The notes beneath the pieces are model-generated. The model was not told where the DNA came from. It did no database searches and saw only the letters and a list, made by a program, of their open reading frames with translations. Shown in pieces: positions 34,712 through 41,616 of a DNA stretch of 41,616 nucleotides; the stretch's first letter is position 1, and each line of letters starts with the position of its first letter. The stretch lies in the NCBI GenBank assembly GCA_003557825.1, contig PWNM01000210.1, positions 1 through 41,616 on the forward strand, in the 5' to 3' direction. This DNA comes from Candidatus Hydrogenedentota bacterium (GTDB lineage Bacteria; Hydrogenedentota; Hydrogenedentia; Hydrogenedentales; SLHB01). The position numbers were made by a program, and so were the translations under genes.

Positions 34712-34841
34712 GCTGTTACAACACCCATGTGCATCAAATCCATCCTCCTCCGGGTCCGCCATGCCAGCGCGTCCAAGCACTTGAAGTGCGACTCCCTACC
34801 AGGTAGGCTACCCGTTCAGGTCGAAGTGGAGCAAGAACACC

Positions 34842-36023
34842 ATGATTGTACAGGGAATACCACTCGGGGCCAAGGTGCCCGTTGACATCGGAATCAGGGA
34901 AGGCATGGTGCGGTCCGTATCCAAGGCGGCCAGCACACAGGCTGATCGAGGGTCACCGGAGGCCATTATTGCTCCGACGCTCTTCGACATTCAGGTGAAC
35001 GGAGCTTTCGGCATTGACCTGCTCGATCCAGAACTCACCGCCGCGGACGTCGAACGACTCAATCAGTGGCTCGCCCAATGGGGGGTCGCCCGTTGGATAC
35101 CTACGTTAATAACCGCGCCTTTCGAGACCTTGGCCAGAGGATGCCGCTTTTTCACAACCCTTCGACAGGATCGGAGCTTGGCCCGGGCCCTTCCGGGCAT
35201 CCATCTCGAGGGACCCTATATTTCGCCCGAGGACGGTCCTCGCGGCGCTCACGGACGCGCCCATGTTCGCCCGCCCGATATTGACGAATTCGACCGGCTC
35301 AACGAAGCCGCCGACGGAGCGATCCGCTACGTCACCCTTGCCCCCGAAGTGGAGGGAGCCGAGTCGTTCATCCGCCACGTGCACCAACAGGGAGTTGTCG
35401 TGGCCCTGGGCCATCATCAGGGGTCGGCCGACGATATTGCTCGGGCGGTGGATGCCGGCGCGCGGCTTAGCACCCATTTGGGCAACGGCATGGCCTCGCA
35501 GATGAACCGACACCAGAATCCGTTATGGCCACAATTGGCCGAGGACCGGTTGTCCGCGTCGCTCATCGCCGACGGGGTCCATCTTCCGCCAGCCGTGCTG
35601 AAGACGTTCGTCCGGGCGAAAGGCCCCAATCGAATCATCCTAACATCGGACATTACGCCGCCTGCGGGTCTGCCGCCCGGCCCCTACAAACTGGGCGATG
35701 TGGACGTCGAAGTAACCCCTTCGGGGCGAATTTGCCTTCCTGGGACGGATCTGCTAGCCGGCAGCGGCCTTATGCTCTTGCAGGGGGTGGTTAATGCGGC
35801 TCACTATACGGACTTGTCCCTCGAGCAGGCCTTCGCCGCCGCGCGGGATACCCCTGCCCGTTTATTCGGCGTCGACATTCCTTTGAGCCAAATTACGGTA
35901 GGCGCCAAAGCCGATTTTATCGTATTCCATCGCAACGCCGATACAGCCGGAGGTCCACCCAAAGCCATTGTTGACGCGGTTTGGATCGACGGGACCCCAA
36001 TCGACCCTCCAAGCCAATCATGA
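34842..36023 (+). CDS. nagA: N-acetylglucosamine-6-phosphate deacetylase
   Basis: 393 aa with amidohydrolase/NagA motifs: LFDIQVNGAFGID, HLEGPYISPEDGPRGAH, ALGHH and THLGNGM. Confidence 0.85.
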   Translation: MIVQGIPLGAKVPVDIGIREGMVRSVSKAASTQADRGSPEAIIAPTLFDIQVNGAFGIDLLDPELTAADVERLNQWLAQWGVARWIPTLITAPFETLARGCRFFTTLRQDRSLARALPGIHLEGPYISPEDGPRGAHGRAHVRPPDIDEFDRLNEAADGAIRYVTLAPEVEGAESFIRHVHQQGVVVALGHHQGSADDIARAVDAGARLSTHLGNGMASQMNRHQNPLWPQLAEDRLSASLIADGVHLPPAVLKTFVRAKGPNRIILTSDITPPAGLPPGPYKLGDVDVEVTPSGRICLPGTDLLAGSGLMLLQGVVNAAHYTDLSLEQAFAAARDTPARLFGVDIPLSQITVGAKADFIVFHRNADTAGGPPKAIVDAVWIDGTPIDPPSQS

Positions 36024-36045
36024 TAGCGAAATAAGGCGTTGTATC

Positions 36046-36074
36046 TTGAAGGATTCGAACCGGTTCCGTATACT
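36046..36074 (+). promoter_or_regulatory. Sigma70-type promoter candidate (TTGAAG-N17-TATACT) with a 10-bp palindrome in the spacer
   Basis: -35 TTGAAG at 36046-36051 and -10 TATACT at 36069-36074. The perfect palindrome GAACCGGTTC at 36057-36066 lies inside the spacer. The element is about 70 nt upstream of TTG 36145. Confidence 0.3.
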
Positions 36075-36144
36075 GCGCCTTTACGACTGACGCATGCCGA
36101 GTCCACGGCAATTCCACAATTTTCCGGCAAAAAGGTAACGCATA

Positions 36145-38562
36145 TTGGAGTCTCGCAAGGATCCGGTCTTTACAGGTACGCTGCCCCCGGTGCGCGGTAT
36201 CGTCCCGGTGCATAACCGAAAAGGTCGTTCGTTTGCCCATCGGGACATTCACCGCTGGATACGGCTGCTGTGCGGCGTGCATAAGGTCCAGAAAATCGAT
36301 TTGCTCGTCCATGATGACCTCCCCCCCGATTTCGGACGTTTGATAGCGTTGGGGCAACGGGGACCGCAAGCGCCGTTCAAGGACGGCCTGCCCATAATTG
36401 GCGTACCCCTCTCGCTACGAACCAATATGGAGCATCCCCCGGACAATTTTGGCGAACTGGTTGAACTGGGCCTTTTCGATGTGTTTCTCACGGTCACAGG
36501 AGTACCTGTTGAGGCCATTGGGCAGTGGGGAGATTCATGCTCGGCCCACGGGCGAGCGTTGCGCTTGCAGCTTCAGCCGCCTTTTCCCGCCGATGTGGAT
36601 GGCCCCGCCGTTGCCGATGCCATCGCCCAACACCATGTGGCTGTGCTGAACCTATCGCTGGACGATCCCTTTGTAGCATCCACGCACGGTAATGCTCCAG
36701 CGGACCTCGATAGGTCCATTGGAGCAATCAACGCGCTTGCCACGGCTTGTCGTGAACGCGGAATCGAAACCAATATCATCGGCGTGCCCCATTGCCTCCT
36801 GGATGCGCCCAATCGCGAATTGGCCGGTGGGATGAACCGGTTTTTTCTGGATCACCAGCAATATCACCGTAGCGCCTATGCCCTGGCAGCCCATCTTTAC
36901 CGGCGCAGTCCTCGCATTGTCCGGCTGTGTCTCGCGGCTATGCTAGCCCATCACGCCGAGCTCAAAGCGCCGGGAGACGCCTTCATATTGCGCTGGCTGG
37001 TCATGGGCAATCACGCCAAGATACATGCCGCGTTAAACGTAATCAGTAGGTTTGCTCGCGAGTATCGATTGCTGCCCCGGACCAAACAAGCCGTGGAGGC
37101 ACCCGAGGAAAACTACCTCGATCGTTTGGAAAAGGAGCTCGAACGCTCGTATAGGGTCAAATCGCCCCGTGCATGTGAGGCTTGCGCGTATCGTTTGGTG
37201 TGCGACAAGGATACGTCGGCGGTACGTAGCATGGTTACGGCTTTTCAACCTCGGCCTATCGAAGGTGACCCGATTCCCTCTCCGCGTGTCCTATTGCAGG
37301 GACAACACAAGCATTTTGACGCCGTTGACACCGAACGTCTTCACGAAGATGAGGACCTGCTGGAACTGGCCCGCGAAGCCAATCGGGTGATGGCCGATTC
37401 ACCGCCCGACCTGGAGTTCGAGTTTGACGATATCCATCCCGTCAATGCCTACCATCACCGGATGCCGGGGGCGTACCGCTATTTGTCCCTAACCGATCGC
37501 GAGCTGATCAGCACCTATCTGTATTGGGAAGAACCGCCGTTCACCGTCGCGGTAACATTTGGCGGCGGCCTCGCGGATTACATCGGCTTCACTGTGAACG
37601 AGACGATTCGCATTGTGTGTCCCATGGAGGCCTGCTCCCATCACGTGGCCCTGCATTGCGACGAGGACGGACGCTATGTTTTGTTACGCGATGGCCAACC
37701 GGTACATCCGGCTGCTCTGGAAGGGCTTTATCATCTGCCTCGACGGTTGCCCTCGGTGGCCCATGTCCGATTGTGCATGCGCAACGTAGATGGTCGTATC
37801 TGCACCCATAATCCCGTGGCCTGGCGGGGAAAGCGGACCCATACCATCAGCGCGGAGCGTGTCCGATTCTCTGTGGTGGTCGTGTGTACACGCTATGCCC
37901 GGAGGCTTCAGGCTGCTCTGCAGAGTATCGCCCATCAGGAAGGAGTCGACCCCGAGGCCATTGAGATCATCGTGGGGTATGTCCCGGCTATCGACGCGAC
38001 CGATGATCTAATCACTTCGATCCAGCTGGCCCATCCACGGGTCCGTATCTTGCGCTCCCCTTTCGCCGAGCACCAGACCACCGCAAAGGGAGCCATTATC
38101 AACCAGTCCGTCGCCCTGGCATCGGGGGAATGGGTGGCCATCCTCGATGCCGATATTATCCTGGCGCCGCGATTCCTCACCACTCTTGAAACGGTCGATG
38201 ATTCGTGTATGTTCGCAGCTCCCAAAGGACGAAAAATGATGCCGAAAGACCTTACTGCCCAGATCCTCCTCGGCGAGACCCGTCCGTGGGAATGCTGGGA
38301 CGCCCTCATCGCAGGTCCGGGAGACTCGCGTTGGGGGAAAAAACGGGAAGGAGGCGAGGTGCCGGTGGGGTTCTGCCAGTTGGTCCGCCGGAAATGCTTT
38401 GAAACGGTGCGGTACAACGAATACGGCCATTTCGAAGGAGCGGATTACGAGTTTGGACTGGATATGATCGAGCAGTATGGCCCGTGCCAGTGGTTGGATG
38501 TGCCGGTACTCCACCTCGACCATGGGGGCAGCCAATGGTATGGCGCCCGCAGTCACCTGTAG
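36145..38562 (+). CDS. Large fusion protein: ~570-aa unknown N-terminal region plus a C-terminal family-2 glycosyltransferase domain
   Basis: 805-codon ORF with a TTG start; the true start is uncertain. The GT2 (GT-A) part covers aa ~574-805: FSVVVVCTRYARRLQAALQSIAHQ, the DxD-type LDAD and VGFCQLVRR. The N-terminal part has no canonical motif that I recognise except CEACAYRLVC (CX2CX5C). Confidence 0.7.
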   Translation: MESRKDPVFTGTLPPVRGIVPVHNRKGRSFAHRDIHRWIRLLCGVHKVQKIDLLVHDDLPPDFGRLIALGQRGPQAPFKDGLPIIGVPLSLRTNMEHPPDNFGELVELGLFDVFLTVTGVPVEAIGQWGDSCSAHGRALRLQLQPPFPADVDGPAVADAIAQHHVAVLNLSLDDPFVASTHGNAPADLDRSIGAINALATACRERGIETNIIGVPHCLLDAPNRELAGGMNRFFLDHQQYHRSAYALAAHLYRRSPRIVRLCLAAMLAHHAELKAPGDAFILRWLVMGNHAKIHAALNVISRFAREYRLLPRTKQAVEAPEENYLDRLEKELERSYRVKSPRACEACAYRLVCDKDTSAVRSMVTAFQPRPIEGDPIPSPRVLLQGQHKHFDAVDTERLHEDEDLLELAREANRVMADSPPDLEFEFDDIHPVNAYHHRMPGAYRYLSLTDRELISTYLYWEEPPFTVAVTFGGGLADYIGFTVNETIRIVCPMEACSHHVALHCDEDGRYVLLRDGQPVHPAALEGLYHLPRRLPSVAHVRLCMRNVDGRICTHNPVAWRGKRTHTISAERVRFSVVVVCTRYARRLQAALQSIAHQEGVDPEAIEIIVGYVPAIDATDDLITSIQLAHPRVRILRSPFAEHQTTAKGAIINQSVALASGEWVAILDADIILAPRFLTTLETVDDSCMFAAPKGRKMMPKDLTAQILLGETRPWECWDALIAGPGDSRWGKKREGGEVPVGFCQLVRRKCFETVRYNEYGHFEGADYEFGLDMIEQYGPCQWLDVPVLHLDHGGSQWYGARSHL

Positions 38563-38578
38563 CGGAGGACTGCAGCCC

Positions 38579-39808
38579 ATGCGTATTGCTTTTGTTGACC
38601 TCGTTTTTGCCTGGCCCCCGCCGGGAGGCGCTCAAGCCGACCTGTACTATACCATTCAGGGACTGGCCCGGCTCGGCCACGACGTGCGCCTATTTGCGCC
38701 CCATTACGATTTCATGTGGCGATATGGGGACTTTGACGCCGAGGGGCTTCCATTTCCCGCGACGGCAATTCCTTGCGCATTACGCGACTTTCGCCCCAAA
38801 CCATTGTCGGCCCGTTTTCGACAAGCAGTGGACAACTGGAATCCGGACGTGGTCTTTTTTGGATTCGGCCGCTATCTAAAGCCGTACCTCATCCACGCGT
38901 TGGCTCACTACCCCATTATTTCGCGATACTACATGTACGAACACCTGTGCATTCGGGACTTCTGCCTCTTTAAAAACGGAGAAACCTGCCCGAACGACTT
39001 TCTCCATACGCCCGATGCCTGCAGGAAATGCGCCTTAAGCTGTTGGACGCCGGATATACGAACGGGAAAATACACGCTTTACGGGCGTGAGCTCATGGCT
39101 TCCCGGGTGCTTTGGCCATCGTATCGGAATGTGTTTACAGGAGCGCTCAAAAAGGTCCGCATGGCCATCGTGAACAACGCAATGGCGCAGGAGCGACTGG
39201 ATGGCATTTGCCCAGCGTGCGTCATTCCGGGAGGCGTGGATCCGGCCGTCTTGGAACCTCCGCCTCGATGGGAACGGCCCAAAGGAGACAAACACATCAT
39301 CCTGGCTGCGGGTCGCATGGATGATGTACGCAAAGGGCTCGAGGTGGTACTCGAAGCTGCGCTTGGGTTGTATGGTGTTCGACAGGACTTCGAGGTCTGG
39401 ATCACCCAACCGACCGCGCCGTACGATCAACCGTGGCTGAAAGCGGTTGGGTGGCATGACCACGAAGGCATGCAGGCCCTTTATCGGGAAGCGGATATCT
39501 GCGTCGTGCCGTCTATATGGGCGGAACCCTATGGCTTGGTCGCGCTCGAGGCCATGGCGGCGGGGGTTGCCGTATGCGTTAGTCGCATTGGCGGACTCGA
39601 GGAAATCGTCGAAGACGAGCATTCCGGGTTGCACTTCGAAGCCGGCGACGCCACTCAATTGGCGTTGCAACTAAATCGCCTGATGGACAGCCCCGGGTTG
39701 TGTCAAACCCTGGGCGAAGGCGGACGCGCACGGGCCCAAAGCCGCACATGGGATGCCATCATCGATGCGTATTATCCGTCCTTGCTCGACAAGGTAATGC
39801 AGCCATGA
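38579..39808 (+). CDS. Family-4 (GT-B, group 1) glycosyltransferase
   Basis: The start is moved to ATG 38579, after GGAGGA (MRIAFVDLVFAWPPPGGAQ). The C-terminal EX7E region reads EPYGLVALEAMAAGVAVCVSRIGGLEEIV. Confidence 0.85.
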   Translation: MRIAFVDLVFAWPPPGGAQADLYYTIQGLARLGHDVRLFAPHYDFMWRYGDFDAEGLPFPATAIPCALRDFRPKPLSARFRQAVDNWNPDVVFFGFGRYLKPYLIHALAHYPIISRYYMYEHLCIRDFCLFKNGETCPNDFLHTPDACRKCALSCWTPDIRTGKYTLYGRELMASRVLWPSYRNVFTGALKKVRMAIVNNAMAQERLDGICPACVIPGGVDPAVLEPPPRWERPKGDKHIILAAGRMDDVRKGLEVVLEAALGLYGVRQDFEVWITQPTAPYDQPWLKAVGWHDHEGMQALYREADICVVPSIWAEPYGLVALEAMAAGVAVCVSRIGGLEEIVEDEHSGLHFEAGDATQLALQLNRLMDSPGLCQTLGEGGRARAQSRTWDAIIDAYYPSLLDKVMQP

Positions 39809-40359
39809 CAACCGAACGCATTTGCGCGTATTACAGCGCCGACGCCGACTATTCAGCCCGACTGACTCACCTACGCCGTCGCCATCCCGAAGCCCACATC
39901 ACCGCCATGATTCCGCCCCACTATGCGATATCGAAACAAGAGCGGGAAGGGGTGGACGAGGTGATCCAGACGGAGCGGGATGCCTACACGCCCCGGGATC
40001 CGCGTGCCTGCATGGAACTGATACGCCGTATCTGGTCAGGTCGATATACGCGCTTTGTGGTCATGCACGACAGCGCCCAACTTACGTTGTTGGCCGCACT
40101 GAGCGGAGCTCGTAGGCCCGAATGCTGGGATGGCGAGGGACAGATTCACGAGTTGCCCCGGTTCCCTGTTGATACGCTCCTGCGACTCGTGGTCCGCCCC
40201 CTATTGGGGCATATCCGGCTCATCGGGACGGCGGCCGTAGTTTATGTAGGACGAGCCGGCGTCCGAGGCGAAGTAGACCGCTACAAAGCTTCTGAACCGG
40301 CCCGAAAACGGGATCTTCGAAGCGTTCTGCGCCGACGCCGCATGGGGATCCGGGATTAG
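39805..40359 (+). CDS. Hypothetical protein (184 aa), overlap-coupled to the GT4 gene
   Basis: ATG 39805 overlaps the GT4 stop (ATGA). The protein begins MTTERICAYYSADADY, has an Arg-rich C-terminus, and contains no motif I recognise. Confidence 0.5.
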   Translation: MTTERICAYYSADADYSARLTHLRRRHPEAHITAMIPPHYAISKQEREGVDEVIQTERDAYTPRDPRACMELIRRIWSGRYTRFVVMHDSAQLTLLAALSGARRPECWDGEGQIHELPRFPVDTLLRLVVRPLLGHIRLIGTAAVVYVGRAGVRGEVDRYKASEPARKRDLRSVLRRRRMGIRD

Positions 40360-40444
40360 TCCAAGCCGTGTGTTGGATCTTTGGGGCTAACTGTTCCTAC
40401 AATGGTCACGAATGGACTCAGAAAATGTAAAGGAGTAATTCACA

Positions 40445-41616
40445 ATGCGTCTAATGACTTTTCAACATATATTTGGAGCGGCCGCCTTTCTGGCATTGAC
40501 AGGATGCGTAACCATGTTTCCCGAACGAACAACGCTGCGCGATCTCGAACCACCGGCGGAATCGGGCGAACTCGAAGTGGTCGAAACCCGAGAGATCGAT
40601 GGAGGCACGGTCTATATTTGCCAGTTTCGTTCTCAGGAATGGCAGGGCATCGTTTGGACCCATTGGTTGACCATTTTCCGACCGGATGACCTGCGACACA
40701 CGGACACTGCATTGCTTTACATTGGAACCGGCTCACTCGACGACACCGGACCATCGCGGGTAGCGTTGTCCCTGGCGGATCACGCCATAGCCACGGGTTC
40801 GATAGTGGCTGCCATCGATCAGGTTCCCAACCAACCGCTTTTCGATGACCTGTACGAAGATGATCTGATCGCATTTACCTTCCAGCGTTATCTCGCAGGC
40901 GAAGGCGATGACTGGCCCCTTCTATGGCCCATGGTGACAAGCGCTGTTCGTGCGATGGACGCCGTGCAAGACTTTGCCGCAGAAGCGCACGGCATACGAC
41001 CCGAACAATTTGTGCTGACGGGCGCATCGAAACGAGGTTGGACAACCTGGTTAACGGCGGTAGAGGATCCCCGAGTAACGGCTATTGCGCCGATGATCTT
41101 CGATATGTTAAATGTGGTTCCGCAACTCGAACAGCAGATCGAGTATTACGGCAAGTACAGCGAAATGATCGCGCCTTATACCGAGCGGGGCATTCAAGAA
41201 GAGCTGGAGACTCCTGAAGGACAGGAGCTGGCGGCTATGGTCGATCCCTTCACGTACCGCGAGCATTTGACCATGCCCAAGCTGATATTACTGGGAACCA
41301 ATGACCCTTATTGGACGGTCGATGCGGCGAACCTGTACTTCTACGATTTGCCCGGCGAAAACCACCTCTACTACGCGCCGAACTACGGACACAATATCGA
41401 CGATGGGGGCATGCAGGCTCTACTTGGGTTCTATCAGTCCATCCTAACGGGCGCACCCATGCCCACCCTGGAATGGGGATGGGACGAAGGAGGCCATATG
41501 GTTGTTCAATGGGATCCGCCAGAGGGCGAGGCCCGTCTCTGGAAGGCCGCCTCCATGACCCGCGATTTTCGTGATGCCGAATGGGTGAGCCAACCCATCG
41601 AGGCCAATGGCAGATG
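40445..41616 (+). CDS. PhoPQ-activated pathogenicity-related (PqaA, PF10142-like) alpha/beta-hydrolase-fold lipoprotein; 3' end beyond the window
   Basis: Hand-translated open frame from ATG 40445 (AAGGAG RBS) to the window edge, about 390 codons with no stop. The lipobox is FLALTGC. Family-typical blocks: VPNQPLFDD, WPMVTSAVRAMD, LTGASKRGWTTWLTA, RVTAIAPM and LGTNDPYW. Confidence 0.8.
   Translation, partial: MRLMTFQHIFGAAAFLALTGCVTMFPERTTLRDLEPPAESGELEVVETREIDGGTVYICQFRSQEWQGIVWTHWLTIFRPDDLRHTDTALLYIGTGSLDDTGPSRVALSLADHAIATGSIVAAIDQVPNQPLFDDLYEDDLIAFTFQRYLAGEGDDWPLLWPMVTSAVRAMDAVQDFAAEAHGIRPEQFVLTGASKRGWTTWLTAVEDPRVTAIAPMIFDMLNVVPQLEQQIEYYGKYSEMIAPYTERGIQEELETPEGQELAAMVDPFTYREHLTMPKLILLGTNDPYWTVDAANLYFYDLPGENHLYYAPNYGHNIDDGGMQALLGFYQSILTGAPMPTLEWGWDEGGHMVVQWDPPEGEARLWKAASMTRDFRDAEWVSQPIEANGR

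Noticed and set aside
36051-36061. GGATTCGAACC, the reverse complement of a tRNA T-arm consensus, suggested a minus-strand tRNA in the nagA/GT2 gap.
   Set aside because: The flanking bases do not form a T-stem (the ACCGG/CCTTC arms mismatch), and no acceptor, D or anticodon arms can be drawn. The sequence is explained by the overlapping palindromes TTCGAA and GAACCGGTTC.
36145-37203. I considered calling the N-terminal half of the 805-aa protein an active radical SAM/SPASM enzyme.
   Set aside because: No CX3CX2C motif exists anywhere in the ORF, and only one CX2CX5C is present. At most it is a degenerate, cluster-less relative, and it is reported as a hypothesis in the findings and not as an annotation.

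Overview
This is a 41.6-kb, moderately GC-rich, densely coding bacterial chromosomal segment with about 40 CDS. I found no rRNA, tRNA, CRISPR array, transposase, integrase or phage genes. Taxonomy cannot be assigned from the sequence alone, and all family calls are motif recognition by eye with no database search.

Left part:
- A truncated GH78-like hydrolase, ettA and a Gfo/Idh/MocA oxidoreductase.
- A nitrogen node: glnB-glnA on the minus strand behind a near-consensus sigma54 -24/-12 element, divergent from nrfH-nrfA. The nrfA product is an ammonifying cytochrome c nitrite reductase whose heme-1 motif is CLNCH rather than CXXCK. A class I methyltransferase follows nrfA.
- A PduO-type adenosyltransferase and xth.

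Middle:
- A four-gene, overlap-coupled module: ABC ATPase, ABC-2 permease and two paralogous FG-GAP/VCBS propeller proteins.
- Convergent to it, a long minus-strand array: HIT, aroE, MoxR AAA+, DUF58, a membrane transglutaminase and a TPR-like anchor protein.

Right part:
- A URO-D-family gene.
- A probable operon of TIM-barrel isomerase/Gfo oxidoreductase pairs arranged around a membrane-anchored unknown and ending in a lipoprotein built from four ~120-aa tandem repeats.
- An overlap-coupled EIIA(Ntr-like)-NupC-ThiD trio, an SDR/DUF2867 protein and nagA.
- An envelope-glycan-like cluster: an 805-aa fusion of an unknown, cluster-less radical-SAM/SPASM-like region to a GT2 domain, then a GT4, a 184-aa unknown and a PqaA-family lipoprotein truncated by the window edge.

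Best candidates for undescribed biology:
- the ABC-2/FG-GAP module
- the 805-aa fusion glycosyltransferase cluster
- the four-repeat lipoprotein operon
- the EIIA-NupC-ThiD coupling
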